DNA of 64,000 nucleotides, taken from the NCBI GenBank assembly GCA_963729895.1, contig CAVSQB010000022.1, forward strand, positions 1 to 64,000. The letters are read 5' to 3'. Of this stretch, positions 35,584 through 46,824 are shown piece by piece. The notes under the pieces were generated by a model, which saw only the letters and a program-made list of their open reading frames with translations, ran no database searches and was not told the DNA's origin. This DNA comes from an uncultured Fibrobacterota bacterium. Its GTDB lineage: Bacteria > Fibrobacterota > Chitinivibrionia > Chitinivibrionales > FEN-1185. The stretch's first letter is position 1. Each line of letters begins with the position of its first letter. A program made the translations under genes and the position numbers.

Positions 35584-38500
35584 ATGAACCCGCCCACCGC
35601 ACCGGCAACGCTTCCAATTTACGAGAAGAGAGACGAGATCGTTGCGGCCATCCGGGCGTCTCAGGTCGTTATCGTTGCAGGCGAAACAGGATCCGGAAAG
35701 ACCACCCAGCTTCCACTACTGTGCCTTGAGGCCGGAAGCGGCCGTCATGGAAAAATCGGCATTACCCAGCCCCGCCGGATTGCAGCCACCTCGGTTGCGT
35801 CCTATATGGCATCGCAGCTCGGGTGCGGCCTCGGATCATTTGTCGGGTACAAAGTCCGGTTCAACGACAAGGAGTCTTCTGCAACGAAAATAAAGTTCAT
35901 GACGGACGGCATTCTTCTTCGTGAATTGCAGGCCGACCGGTTCCTGGAGCGCTACGACGCGGTCATCGTTGACGAAGTACACGAGCGCAGTCTCAATATC
36001 GATTTTCTCATCGGATACATCAAGCGGCTGCTTCCCCGGCGTCCCGACCTCCGTGTGCTTCTGTCGTCCGCCACGATCGACACCGCCCTGTTTTCCGCGG
36101 CCTTCAACAACGCGCCCGTCATCACGGTTGCCGGCAGGCCTTTTTCCATCGACATCCTGTATCATCCTTTGGAAACCTCGGACGACAAAGGCGCTTCGTT
36201 TGCGGAAGCGGCCGCCGGTGCGGCGCAGGAGCTCTTGGAATCGTCGGACGCCGGCGACATTCTGGTCTTTATGCCCACGGAACGCGACATTATCGAAACC
36301 AGGGACCTGCTCCGGGGTCGGGTTGAAGACCGCTGCCTCGTGTTGCCGCTGTTCGGAAGAATGCCCCTGTCGGAGCAGGCGGCCGTGTTCGGCCGTTTTG
36401 ACAAAAGAAAAATCGTGATTGCCACGAACATCGCCGAAACGTCGGTGACCGTTCCCAACATCCGTTTCGTTGTGGACCCGGGGCTCGCACGAGTCAAGCG
36501 GTACGATCAATCGGCGGGCATCACCCGTCTTGCGGTGGAGCCCATCTCGCAGGCAAGCGCCCGGCAGCGGGCGGGCAGATGCGGACGCGTGCAGGACGGC
36601 ATGTGCGTTCGGCTGTATGCGGAAGAAGATCTGCTGTCGCGGCCGGCCTTTACGCCGCCGGAGATTCAGCGGGCCAACCTAGGACAGGTGATTTTGTCAA
36701 TGGCATCGCTGGGTCTGGGGCCCGTCGAAGATTTTCCGTTTCTGGAACATCCCTCCCGCCAGGCAGTGTCGCAGGGATACCGCTCCTTGGTGGAACTCGG
36801 CGCCCTCGACGAGTCCAGGAACCTCACTGCAACAGGCAGGCACATGTCCCGGTTTCCGCTGGATCCCGCTCTGTCGAGGATGATCATCGAGGCGCACCGC
36901 CTGCAGTGCATCGGGGATCTGCTGGTTATTGCCTCCGGCCTGTGCGTGCAGGACATGCGCGTGCGGCCCCCGGACAAAAAGGAACTTGCGGATGCGGCGC
37001 ATGCGAGGTTTTGCGATCCCTTGTCGGATTTTCTGTTCTATATGAAACTCTGGGACGGCTGCGGCTTCTCAACACATGAAAACATGTCCCTTGCACGGCT
37101 CAGGAAATTCTGCAAAGAACATTTTCTCTCGTTTACCCGCATGCGCGAGTGGCGGGACGTTTACGATCAACTTTCCAGCGTTGTACCGCACACGGCCGAC
37201 CGGACACGGGTCGGTCCGGCAACGTACGAACAGATCCATCGCAGCATTGCTGCAGGGTTCATTTCCCATGTCGGCAGGAAAAACGAGGATGGTTCGTACC
37301 ATGTCGCCAAGGACCGCACGTCGGCCATTTTCCCCGGCTCATCGCTCTACAAGAAAAAGCCGGACTGGATCGTGTCGTGCGAGCTCGTGGAAACGTCGCG
37401 TGTGTATAGCCGCACCTGCGCGTCCATCGATCCTCTGTGGCTCGAATCGCTTGCACCCCATCTTTGCAAACACCGGTACCGCGAGGTTTTTTTCGACGGG
37501 GAGACCGGCGGGGTGAAAGCCAAAGAAACCGTTACCCTGTTCGGACTCACCATAATTGCCGGAAGAACCATAGGATATGGCCGGATAAATCCACGCGAAG
37601 CAACGGAGGTCTTTATCCGGGAAGGGCTCTGCGCAGGCAGGCTCATTTCCTCTCACAAGTTTTACTCGCACAACAGGAAACTCTGTGAGCGCATCGAGTC
37701 TTTTGAGAAAAAGGTCCGCGCGGGCGGCGTGTTTGCAGGTTATGATGCGGTGTTCTCATTCTACAAGGCCCGCCTGGAATGCGTGACATCGGTTCACGAG
37801 CTCAACGCCCTTATTCACAAGCGCGGTTCGGATGAGTTCCTTTTCATGAAGGATTCGGATGTTGTTCTGGGAAATCGCGATTCTCAGGCCGGGCTTTTTC
37901 CGGACGCCGTTACCATCGGCAACGCCGAGTTCCCGATTCTTTACGAATTCGATCCTTCGTCGGAACTCGACGGCGCCGCCGTCCGAGTCCCTTCGCGAGA
38001 ACTGGCATTTCTGAATGAAACGGTTTTCGATTGGGTCGTGCCCGGCCTGCATGAGCCGCGCATCCGGTTCCTTCTGGAAAGCCTGCGAAAATCAATCAAA
38101 CACCAAGGCGGTTCCGTTTCGGAAACGGCGCAGCAGATTGCCTTATCGCTTGTCTACACGGGACAAGATTTTCTGGAGAGCGTTTGCGCATTCGCAACAG
38201 AATTGTACGGAATAGTGATTGATCCGCACTCATTGCCTATTTCCGATCTTCCGCCTCATCTCATGGTAAAGGTTATCGTTGAGAAAGGTGAGGGGGAAAT
38301 AGACGGCGGAAATGGAGAGTCCTGGAAGAAAAGTGCGGACCAATGGACGAAAACGGACATACGTTCCTGGAATTTCGGCGACCTGACGCAGAAGGTGGAA
38401 ATGATCCGCCCCGATTACGGATTTCCGGTTTTCGGATATCCGTCTCTGCTCGCAAAAGACGGCCGCGTGGATTGCATTGTTTTCACTTCGCCGGAAGAAC

Positions 38501-39249
38501 AATCTCAGAATCATTCAAACGGGGTAAAGCGCCTTGCCGAGATCTGTCTGGAAAAGGACCTGGCCTGGCTTGAAAAGAATTTGATGTTCGACAGAAAGCT
38601 CATGGCCTCGATTGTTCCACAGGATAAGGCCGGCCGCCTTACGGAAATCCTTTGTTCGCTGGTGACGGATCATTGCTTTTCGACCGAGAATCTATCTTTG
38701 TGGAAGAAATCGTCATTTGAAGGGATCGTCAAGAAGGCAAGTGCCGAGCTTTGCGCACAAGGAAAAAAGCTTAGCGAGGTGATTCCTGCCGTATTTTCAA
38801 CCTATTTCGAATTGCGTTCACTGCTAAAGGCAAAGCTAAGAACCTATAATTCAAAAAGTTATGTTATCGCCGCCGATGATCTCCAGAATGAATTGCGTGC
38901 ATATCTCGACCGCCTCTTCAACAAGACGCTGAATTTTGACATGCTTCTGCAATATCCAAGATATTTGAAAGCATTTGCGCTCAGAATCAACCGCGTATTC
39001 TCCGACGTGGGCAAATACTCTTCAAGATACAGAGAGGCTATGCCCTACTTTGAGAAATCAGGTGCGCTTCTCGCAAAAGCCGCCGGCTATTCACCGGAAG
39101 ATCGAAATTGTGCGCTCGATTTTTGCATGATGGTGGAAGAATTCAAGATTTCTCTCTTTGCCCAGCAGGAAATCAAAACAATCTTCCCGGTTTCGCAAAA
39201 ACGACTCGATGAAAAACTTGCGGAATTGAAAAATCATCGCTTGATTTGA
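35584..39249 (+). CDS. hrpA: ATP-dependent RNA helicase HrpA (with DUF3418-type C-terminus)
   Basis: GETGSGKTTQLP, TQPRRIAA, DEVHERS, SAT, QRAGRCGR, EEFKISLFAQ. Confidence 0.93.
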   Translation: MNPPTAPATLPIYEKRDEIVAAIRASQVVIVAGETGSGKTTQLPLLCLEAGSGRHGKIGITQPRRIAATSVASYMASQLGCGLGSFVGYKVRFNDKESSATKIKFMTDGILLRELQADRFLERYDAVIVDEVHERSLNIDFLIGYIKRLLPRRPDLRVLLSSATIDTALFSAAFNNAPVITVAGRPFSIDILYHPLETSDDKGASFAEAAAGAAQELLESSDAGDILVFMPTERDIIETRDLLRGRVEDRCLVLPLFGRMPLSEQAAVFGRFDKRKIVIATNIAETSVTVPNIRFVVDPGLARVKRYDQSAGITRLAVEPISQASARQRAGRCGRVQDGMCVRLYAEEDLLSRPAFTPPEIQRANLGQVILSMASLGLGPVEDFPFLEHPSRQAVSQGYRSLVELGALDESRNLTATGRHMSRFPLDPALSRMIIEAHRLQCIGDLLVIASGLCVQDMRVRPPDKKELADAAHARFCDPLSDFLFYMKLWDGCGFSTHENMSLARLRKFCKEHFLSFTRMREWRDVYDQLSSVVPHTADRTRVGPATYEQIHRSIAAGFISHVGRKNEDGSYHVAKDRTSAIFPGSSLYKKKPDWIVSCELVETSRVYSRTCASIDPLWLESLAPHLCKHRYREVFFDGETGGVKAKETVTLFGLTIIAGRTIGYGRINPREATEVFIREGLCAGRLISSHKFYSHNRKLCERIESFEKKVRAGGVFAGYDAVFSFYKARLECVTSVHELNALIHKRGSDEFLFMKDSDVVLGNRDSQAGLFPDAVTIGNAEFPILYEFDPSSELDGAAVRVPSRELAFLNETVFDWVVPGLHEPRIRFLLESLRKSIKHQGGSVSETAQQIALSLVYTGQDFLESVCAFATELYGIVIDPHSLPISDLPPHLMVKVIVEKGEGEIDGGNGESWKKSADQWTKTDIRSWNFGDLTQKVEMIRPDYGFPVFGYPSLLAKDGRVDCIVFTSPEEQSQNHSNGVKRLAEICLEKDLAWLEKNLMFDRKLMASIVPQDKAGRLTEILCSLVTDHCFSTENLSLWKKSSFEGIVKKASAELCAQGKKLSEVIPAVFSTYFELRSLLKAKLRTYNSKSYVIAADDLQNELRAYLDRLFNKTLNFDMLLQYPRYLKAFALRINRVFSDVGKYSSRYREAMPYFEKSGALLAKAAGYSPEDRNCALDFCMMVEEFKISLFAQQEIKTIFPVSQKRLDEKLAELKNHRLI

Positions 39250-39455
39250 GTTTGGACAAAAGGCTGAACAATCCACTTTGAGCTGGTACTTTTTTTGCTT
39301 TTGATTTAGTACGCCGGGTGAAACCGTCCGCAATGTGCCGGCGGCCAACAATTATCATTATACTTAACTCCGGATTTTTCAAAACATTTATATTACCTTG
39401 ATCGCGCCAACCGCGAAACATTTTCGTGTTTCGCCCAACTCGACGGAGACGGACC

Positions 39456-41285
39456 ATGTGCGGAATAGTCGGTTACATTGGCAAACGCGAAGCGTTTCCC
39501 GTTCTTATCGAAGGTCTCCAGGCGCTTGAATACCGGGGATACGACAGCGCCGGCATCGCCCTTTTCGACAAGGGCAATCTTGTCGTATGGAAACACAAGG
39601 GCAAAGTTGCGCAACTCAAAGTTCTCGCGGAAAAGAAGGCCAAAAACGGCTCCACGATCGGCATTGCGCACACTCGATGGGCAACGCACGGAGTTCCTTC
39701 CCAAGCCAACGCTCATCCGCACATGGATGCGGCAAACAAGATCGCACTGGTCCACAACGGCATCATAGAAAATTACGCCATCCTCAAGGAGAGGCTCAAG
39801 AAAGAGGGAGTGGAATTCCGGTCGGAGACGGACACGGAAGTGCTCGCCCAGCTTGTCGGCAAATACTACAAAGGCGACCTCGTGGGCGCGGTGTCCCAAG
39901 CGCTGGCGGACGTGGACGGCACCTTCGGCATTGCCGTGATCGCAAAGGACAATCCCGACGTCCTGGTCGGCGCGCGGCGCGGTTCACCGCTCGTGGTCGG
40001 CGTCGGAGATGGAGAATATTTCCTCGCATCCGATGCAAGCGCCATCGTACGCTACACAAAGCGCGTCATCTACCTCAAGGATTCGAGCCTCGTGGTGCTC
40101 AACCGGCAGGACCACACCATCATGGACCTTGACAAAAAGGTCGTTGCGCACGAAATCCATCACATCGATTACACCGCCGAGGCGCTTGCAAAAGGCGGGT
40201 TCGCGCACTTCATGCTCAAGGAAATCTTCGAACAGCCGGACACCATCCGCAATGCCATGCGCGGACGCCTGCTCGTTGAGGACGGCAGCGCCCGGCTCGA
40301 CGGGCTCAACCTGGTGATGCAGCAATTGCGCCAGATCAACCGCATCATCTTTGTGGCGTGCGGCACCTCGTGGCACGCCGCGCTCGTGGGCGAGCACATG
40401 ATAGAAGAAATCGCGGGCGTGTCCGCAGAAGTCGAATACGCCTCGGAATTCCGGTACCGTAACCCGATTATCGACCCGCACACGCTCGTATTCGTCATCA
40501 GCCAATCCGGCGAAACCGCGGATACGCTTGCGGCACTGCGGGAAGCCGCGAACAAGGGCGCCACGGTGCTCGGCATTTGCAATGTGGTGGGCTCTTCCAT
40601 CGCGCGGGAGACTCACGGGGGCGTATACCTTCATGCCGGACCCGAAATCGGCGTCGCCTCGACCAAGGCATTCACGTCCCAGCTCACCGTGCTTGCCCTT
40701 CTCACCTTGCTTCTGGGACGAATGCGCAGGATATCCCACGACGAGGGAATTACGATTGCAAAAGCGTTGCAGGAAATACCTGATCAGGTGAAGAAAATCC
40801 TCAAGCAGAACTCGGCGATACGACAAATCGCCAAACGATATTCAAAACTCAACAATTTTATTTATCTTGGCCGCTCCTACAATTTCCCTGTTGCCCTCGA
40901 GGGCGCCCTCAAGCTCAAAGAGATTTCGTACATCCACGCCGAGGGCTATCCGGCGGCGGAAATGAAACACGGACCCATCGCGCTCATCGATAAAGACATG
41001 CCGAGCGTGGTGATTGCGCTCAAAGACAGCGTGTACGAAAAAGTGCTCTCCAATATCCAGGAAGTAAACGCGCGCGGCGGAAAGGTGATTGCCATTGCCA
41101 CCGAGGGTGACAAAAACATCAGAAAATATGCGGCGCATGTCATTTACGTGCCGCATACTATTCCCATGCTCAGCCCGCTCCTGTCGGTTATTCCTCTGCA
41201 GCTTTTGGCGTACCATATTGCGGCGATACGGAAGTGTGAAATCGATCAGCCGAGAAACCTTGCAAAAAGCGTGACCGTGGAGTGA
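39456..41285 (+). CDS. glmS: Glutamine--fructose-6-phosphate transaminase
   Basis: MCGIVG, EYRGYDSAG, HTRWATHG, SQSGETADT, PRNLAKSVTVE. Confidence 0.97.
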   Translation: MCGIVGYIGKREAFPVLIEGLQALEYRGYDSAGIALFDKGNLVVWKHKGKVAQLKVLAEKKAKNGSTIGIAHTRWATHGVPSQANAHPHMDAANKIALVHNGIIENYAILKERLKKEGVEFRSETDTEVLAQLVGKYYKGDLVGAVSQALADVDGTFGIAVIAKDNPDVLVGARRGSPLVVGVGDGEYFLASDASAIVRYTKRVIYLKDSSLVVLNRQDHTIMDLDKKVVAHEIHHIDYTAEALAKGGFAHFMLKEIFEQPDTIRNAMRGRLLVEDGSARLDGLNLVMQQLRQINRIIFVACGTSWHAALVGEHMIEEIAGVSAEVEYASEFRYRNPIIDPHTLVFVISQSGETADTLAALREAANKGATVLGICNVVGSSIARETHGGVYLHAGPEIGVASTKAFTSQLTVLALLTLLLGRMRRISHDEGITIAKALQEIPDQVKKILKQNSAIRQIAKRYSKLNNFIYLGRSYNFPVALEGALKLKEISYIHAEGYPAAEMKHGPIALIDKDMPSVVIALKDSVYEKVLSNIQEVNARGGKVIAIATEGDKNIRKYAAHVIYVPHTIPMLSPLLSVIPLQLLAYHIAAIRKCEIDQPRNLAKSVTVE

Positions 41286-41296
41286 CCGGAGACCGA

Positions 41297-41680
41297 ATGC
41301 AGGCTTCTTTCATCAACACGCCGAACGCACCCCAGCCGATCGGCCCGTATTCGCAGGCCGTGGGCGCCGGAGACTTCCTCTTTGTCTCGGGGCAGATACC
41401 CCTCGATCCGGCGACCGGGTCCGTTTCCGGCGATACCATAGCCCCGCAGGCGCGGCGGGCGCTGGGAAACCTCAAGGCCGTGCTCGCGTCCCAGTCGCTG
41501 GCCGCAAGCGCTCTTGTCAAGGCAACCGTTTTCCTTCGCTCCATGGCCGACTTTCCCGCGTTCAACGCCGTGTACGAGGAAGAACTTGCCGGGGCAAAGC
41601 CGGCGCGGTCGGTCGTCGAAGTGTCGGGACTTCCAAAGAACGTCCTGGTGGAAATAGAGGCCGTGGCATGCCGCAGGTAA
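41297..41680 (+). CDS. ridA: RidA/YjgF enamine deaminase
   Basis: APQPIGPYSQA, SGQIP, PARS, LVEIEA. Confidence 0.9.
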   Translation: MQASFINTPNAPQPIGPYSQAVGAGDFLFVSGQIPLDPATGSVSGDTIAPQARRALGNLKAVLASQSLAASALVKATVFLRSMADFPAFNAVYEEELAGAKPARSVVEVSGLPKNVLVEIEAVACRR

Positions 41681-42483
41681 AACAGGAATATCTTGTAAAG
41701 CTTTCGCTGTTCGAGGGGCCGCTCGACCTGCTTCTTTACCTCGTGAGCCGGGCCGAGGTCGACATCACGCAAATCCAGGTGTCGCAGATCGCCCAGCAAT
41801 ATCTCGAATACCTCGACCTCATGCGCGAGCTCAACATCGACATTGCGGCGGAATACCTGTACATGGCAAGCACGCTTATCCGCCTCAAGGCCCGCGAGCT
41901 CCTGCCCCCTTCGGAACAGGAACCGATCCCTGCCGAGGAAGGGATTTACAACAGAGAGCAGCTTATCGCCCAACTCCTCGAGTACAAGAAATTCAAGGAG
42001 GCCGCCCATTCCCTGCGGCATTTTGAGGCCGAGCAGATCGGCTGCTTTGCCCGCGGAAACGCCGAACAGGTTACGCCGCTTTCCGCACCGGAGGAGGGTT
42101 TGGCGGCCGGTGCGGTGACCGTCTTCGACCTGATCACCGCGTTCAAACGCGTACTCGACCGGGCCTCAGCCGATACCGCCGCCCAGCAGGTGATCGGCCA
42201 CGACATGGTGCGTATCGACGACCGCATCGAACACGTGCTCGGCCTGATCGAGGCGGAGAGAGAAATCCCGTTTGAAGAACTGTTCGCCGACGACAGCCGC
42301 AGGATCGTCCGTGTGGTCACGTTCATGGCGATTCTGGAGCTTATCAAGATGCAGGAAATTTTCTTCCGGCAGGAAACCAGATTCGGCCGTATTTTCGTAA
42401 AGCGTCGCACGGAAAGAGAACCCCGCGCCGCGCCACAGGAACTCTCCGCACCTGTCGAACCTGATGTCGACAAAGGTGATTAG
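41668..42483 (+). CDS. scpA: Segregation/condensation protein A (kleisin)
   Basis: FEGPLDLLLYL, AAEYLYMASTLIRLKA, LLEYKKFKEAA, TFMAILEL. Confidence 0.92.
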   Translation: MPQVKQEYLVKLSLFEGPLDLLLYLVSRAEVDITQIQVSQIAQQYLEYLDLMRELNIDIAAEYLYMASTLIRLKARELLPPSEQEPIPAEEGIYNREQLIAQLLEYKKFKEAAHSLRHFEAEQIGCFARGNAEQVTPLSAPEEGLAAGAVTVFDLITAFKRVLDRASADTAAQQVIGHDMVRIDDRIEHVLGLIEAEREIPFEELFADDSRRIVRVVTFMAILELIKMQEIFFRQETRFGRIFVKRRTEREPRAAPQELSAPVEPDVDKGD

Positions 42484-43153
42484 GCCCGGCGAACGTGAAG
42501 TATCCGGTTATCATACCATGACTACGCTCCCGCCCGTCAGCTCCTCGGAAAAAATCGACAAACAGAATGCGTGCGAAAACTGTCTCCGTCCGCGCTCGCA
42601 GTGCATCTGCCGCGCAGTGGCGCCCCTGCAAAGCGCCACAAGAGTCCTTGTTCTTCAGCATCCGCAGGAACAGTACAAGCTGCTCAATTCGGCACTGCTG
42701 CTGCACCTGGCGCTGCCAAATTCCGTTGTGCGCGTCGGATTGTCGTGGCGGAGTTTTTCCCATGCGCTCGGAGGAGACGACGCGCCGCAGGAGTGGGGAG
42801 TTCTGCACCTGAGAGGCGTTCGGGAACCCACGCGCACCATCGAGATCTTCAGCCCAAAGAACCTGCTCTTGCCGAGAAAGAGCAGGTTCAAAGGAATCAT
42901 CGTGATCGACGGCTCGTGGAAGCAGGCAAAAACGATCTGGTGGAGGAATCCATGGCTCCTCAAACTGAACCGGATCACGCTGAACCCGGACCACCCGTCC
43001 CTGAGGGGGCAGGCAAAAAGGCAGGGCCTTGCCACAATCGAGGCGGTTGCGCTTGCCTTTGACTGCCTTGGAGAGAATGCCGCTGCGGGCGAATCGCTGC
43101 GGAAGCAATTTGAAGAATTGATTATCCGGCCCAATGCGGCGAATCGCGGTTGA
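42464..43153 (+). CDS. DTW-domain tRNA aminocarboxypropyltransferase (TapT-like); start could be 42518
   Basis: CENC..CIC zinc motif, LQHPQE, IDGSWKQA, LATIEA. Confidence 0.85.
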   Translation: MSTKVIRPGEREVSGYHTMTTLPPVSSSEKIDKQNACENCLRPRSQCICRAVAPLQSATRVLVLQHPQEQYKLLNSALLLHLALPNSVVRVGLSWRSFSHALGGDDAPQEWGVLHLRGVREPTRTIEIFSPKNLLLPRKSRFKGIIVIDGSWKQAKTIWWRNPWLLKLNRITLNPDHPSLRGQAKRQGLATIEAVALAFDCLGENAAAGESLRKQFEELIIRPNAANRG

Positions 43154-43184
43154 CGCGACGCGCAGCCGCCTCACACACCCGGCT

Positions 43185-44429
43185 TTATTTCAGCGATTCC
43201 TTTACATCGTAGAACATGCCTCGCGGCTTGAGAAACGCGCACAGTCCGCGTTTGCCGAGGTCCAGAAATACCCGGTGTTTTACCGCAAGGACAACCAGGT
43301 CGTAGGCGCCTTTTCCGGGTTTGTCGATCGGCCGTATTCCGTACTCAATCTCCACCTCTTCGGGATCGGCAACGGGTTCCCATACATCAACGTGGATGCC
43401 GAATTCGCCGAGCTCGCGCATGATGTCAACGACCTTGGAATTGCGGATGTCCGGCACGTTCTCCTTGAACGTGATGCCGAGCATCAGCGCGTTCGTGTCC
43501 TTTACGCATAATCCTTCGTTGGTCATCTTCTTCACGATCTCGCGGCCGAAATAACGGCCCATCGCATCGTTGATCCGCCTGCCCGCCATGATGATCTGCG
43601 GGTGATGGCCGAGCTCTTCGGCTTTGTAGGCAAGGTAGTACGGGTCCACGCCGATGCAGTGCCCGCCCACGAGCCCGGGCTCAAAGGGAAGAAAGTTCCA
43701 TTTGGTCCTCGACGCGGCAAGCACTTCGGAAGTGGAAATTCCCATTTTGTCAAAAATGATGCGCAGTTCGTTCATGAGCGCGATGTTGATGTCCCGCTGG
43801 GTATTTTCGATGACCTTTGCCGCCTCGGCCACTTTGATGGAATTCGCCCGGTATACGCCGGCCTTGATCGCCGCGCCATATACCTGCGCAACCGTTTCGA
43901 GTGTTTTTGGAGTGTCGCCCGATACGACTTTGGTTATTTTCGAAACCGTATGCTCCCGGTCGCCGGGATTGATGCGCTCGGGTGAATAGCCGACAAAAAA
44001 ATCCTTCTTCCACTGCAGCCCGCTCTCCCGTTCGAGAATGGGCACACATTTGTCTTCGGTGACGCCCGGATACACGGTAGACTCGTAGACGACAATGGCG
44101 CCTTTTTTCATGTGCCGGCCCACCGTTTCGGACGCCTTGACAACCGGCGTGAGGTCGGGAATCTTATGATCGTCGATGGGCGTGGGCACGGCAACCACGA
44201 TGAAGTCGGCCTTACCCACCGCGGCAGGATCGCTCGAATATTCGATCTTGACGCTTTTGAGCACCTCGGAACCCACCTCGCGGTTCGGGTCCTTGCCCTT
44301 CTTCAGAACGGCAATCCGTTTTTCGCTGATGTCAAAACCGTATACCTTGAAATGTTTCGCGAATTCAACGGCCAGCGGCAGGCCGACGTAGCCGAGACCG
44401 ACCACGCAGAGAACAGGGCCCTTGTTCAT
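43185..44429 (-). CDS. Nucleotide-sugar dehydrogenase (TviB/WbpO-like)
   Basis: GLGYVGLP, YESTVYPG, YSPERINPG, KVIENTQRD, GGHCIGVDPYYL. Confidence 0.92.
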   Translation of the reverse strand: MNKGPVLCVVGLGYVGLPLAVEFAKHFKVYGFDISEKRIAVLKKGKDPNREVGSEVLKSVKIEYSSDPAAVGKADFIVVAVPTPIDDHKIPDLTPVVKASETVGRHMKKGAIVVYESTVYPGVTEDKCVPILERESGLQWKKDFFVGYSPERINPGDREHTVSKITKVVSGDTPKTLETVAQVYGAAIKAGVYRANSIKVAEAAKVIENTQRDINIALMNELRIIFDKMGISTSEVLAASRTKWNFLPFEPGLVGGHCIGVDPYYLAYKAEELGHHPQIIMAGRRINDAMGRYFGREIVKKMTNEGLCVKDTNALMLGITFKENVPDIRNSKVVDIMRELGEFGIHVDVWEPVADPEEVEIEYGIRPIDKPGKGAYDLVVLAVKHRVFLDLGKRGLCAFLKPRGMFYDVKESLK

Positions 44430-44536
44430 ATGAGCTCCGGGGTGAAAGACGGGATATGTAAAAATATTTCGGCGTGCGAATATTTGCAACAAAGGTTCCC
44501 TTCGCGTGCCGTCTCTTCGCACCGCCTGCCGGGCAT

Positions 44537-44569
44537 AAAAAAGGCCTGCGCGGATTGAAAGCGCAGGCC
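44537..44569 (-). terminator. Rho-independent terminator after fcl
   Basis: Stem GGCCTGCGC/GCGCAGGCC followed by T6 on the minus strand. Confidence 0.7.
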
Positions 44570-44636
44570 GGCGGATTACCCGGAATCACGGACGCTGGTT
44601 GAATAGCAAGCGTTATCGCACGGAAAAGGCCCCGAT

Positions 44637-45590
44637 CTAGAATCTCCCCTGTTTGTCCTTGTCCCCGAGCATCTTCAAAAAGTCCTGATACGCAAGCTTG
44701 ATTCCTTCTTCCAATCCTATTGAATGCCGCCAGCCCATGCTGTGAAGTTTCGAACAGTCCAGCAGCTTTCTGGGCGTGCCGTCGGGTTTCGTAACGTCGA
44801 AATCGATGTCGCCGCCATAGTCAACGGCTTTCTTTATTGTCATTGCCAATTCCCTGATGGTAACTTCTTTGCCCGAACCGATATTCACGATGTCGTTTCC
44901 GTCGTGCTTTTCCATGAGAAAAATGCAGGCATCCGCAAGATCGTCGGAATAGAGAAACTCCCGCGTCGGATTCCCGGTTCCCCAAATGGTCACCTTCGGC
45001 GCCTTGGCCGCCTTTGCCTCGTGAAACCGCCGGATGAGGGCAGGCAGGACGTGCGAATTCAACGGATGGTAATTGTCGTTGGGACCGTACAGGTTGGTGG
45101 GCATGACGGATATGAAATTCGTGCCGTATTGCCGGTTGTAACTCTGGCACATGATGATACCGGCGATCTTGGCCAATGCGTACGGCTCGTTCGTCGGCTC
45201 GAGCTTGCCCGACAGCAGGCTGTCCTCGTTCATCGGCTGCGGCGCGTATTTGGGATAAATGCAGGATGACCCAAGAAACAGGATTTTCTTGACCTTGTAT
45301 TTCCAGGATTCGTTTATGATGTTCATTTGAACCTGCATGTTGCTGAATATGAACTCCGCGGGAAAGGTGCTGTTGGCGTAAATACCGCCTACCTTTGCCG
45401 CGGCAAGGAACACGTACTCGGGCTTTTCGTAGGCGAAAAAGACCTCGACGGCATGTTGGTTTGTCAAGTCAAGCTCCTGACGGGTCTTTAACACCAGATT
45501 GTCGAATCCCTTGTGCCTGAGTTTGCGGACAAGAGCGGATCCGACGAGGCCGTTATGGCCGGCGATGAAAATTTTAGAGGAGGGGTGCAT
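44637..45590 (-). CDS. fcl: GDP-L-fucose synthase
   Basis: [46 protein letters not shown]. Confidence 0.95.
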   Translation of the reverse strand: MHPSSKIFIAGHNGLVGSALVRKLRHKGFDNLVLKTRQELDLTNQHAVEVFFAYEKPEYVFLAAAKVGGIYANSTFPAEFIFSNMQVQMNIINESWKYKVKKILFLGSSCIYPKYAPQPMNEDSLLSGKLEPTNEPYALAKIAGIIMCQSYNRQYGTNFISVMPTNLYGPNDNYHPLNSHVLPALIRRFHEAKAAKAPKVTIWGTGNPTREFLYSDDLADACIFLMEKHDGNDIVNIGSGKEVTIRELAMTIKKAVDYGGDIDFDVTKPDGTPRKLLDCSKLHSMGWRHSIGLEEGIKLAYQDFLKMLGDKDKQGRF

Positions 45591-45659
45591 ACTGCTCCTT
45601 AAGAAATATCTTATTGCTGATAGGTTTCCACAAGATCGCTGCTGCACTCGCTAGGGGAT

Positions 45660-46824
45660 TCAAGGCCATAATTTTCCTTTTATTTTGCTGACGGGAATTG
45701 CAGTGATGCCGGCATTGATCTCAAAACTATCACTTCCGGGGTAAATGACAAACCCCTTCTTGCACCCAAGCGATTTATATCCTTCAAAAAACCCCCTCGA
45801 CGGTTGAGGAGCTGAGGAAAGCTTGATTTCAATGGCTATCGGTTCAGGTGCAAAGCGCCCCTTCAGCAGCAAATCAATTTCCGCGCCGGAAGATGTCCGA
45901 TAAAAAAAGGCCTCATACCCCTCCGGCAGAACGGAAAGCACTTGTTCGATGACCCATCCTTCCCAGGAGGAACCAGCCGAGGGGTGACCCAGCAGGTCTT
46001 TGTAGCCGCCAATACCCAAAAGCGCGTGCAGGATCCCGCTATCGCGTATGTAAAATTTTAGGAGACTTAACGAGCCTTTTGCCGAGGTTGGCATAATAGG
46101 GGGTTAGTTGACGAATAATAAACGTGTCCGAAAGAACGTCCAGATAATGCCGCGCGGTGGGCGCGGTGACCCCAAGGCTTCCGGCGATCTGCGTGGCGTT
46201 CCACATTCCCCCGTGAACGTGCGCGGTCATCGCCCAAAAACGCCGCAACATCCCGGAAGGGACGCGGACCCCAAGCTGGGGAATGTCCCGCTCCAGGTAG
46301 GTTTGAATAAACGCATTGCGCCATTCGATGGAAGCCGCATCGGTGGAAGAAAGCAGGCTTAGGGGATACCCGCCGCGCAGCCAATGGATGGACATGTCCT
46401 TGATTGCGGAACCTGCTTCGTCAAAAGAGAACGGCCCGAGTTCGTGGTAGCAGATGCGGCCGGCAAGACTTTCCGAAGACTGTTTAAGCAGGTCCGGCGA
46501 AGCAGAGCCGAGAATGAGAAACCTGCCGTTCCGACGGCGCCGGTCAATGAGCGCCCGGAGTACAGGAAACAGGTCCGGACGCCTCTGGACCTCATCAAAG
46601 ATCACCAACCTGTCTTTGTGGTTTTCCAAAAAAAGCTCAGGTTCGGAAAGCTTGAAGATATCCGTCGGAAGTTCCAGGTCGAGAAAGAGGGGCTCGGGCG
46701 AACGCCCTTGCTGAACCATCCTTGCCAAGGTCGTTTTTCCGCACTGGCGGGGCCCGATAAGCCCAACAACCGGAAAGTTTTCAAGTGATTTTTCAATTAA
46801 CGATTGTAATGATCGATGAATCAT
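45660..46824 (-). pseudogene. AAA_14 ATPase + DUF4143 protein with one frameshift
   Basis: GPRQCGKT, FDEVQ, GSAS, GGYP; extra base in AAAATTTT near 46052-46059 (expected KSPK-F/I-YIRDSG); C-terminal EIDLL..IEIK. Confidence 0.85.

Noticed and set aside
39250..39455. glmS ribozyme upstream of glmS
   Set aside because: No recognisable ribozyme core; the region looks like an AT-rich promoter
46052..46059. Programmed frameshift or phase variation in the AAA ATPase
   Set aside because: The A4T4 run is too short; simple decay or a sequencing indel is more likely
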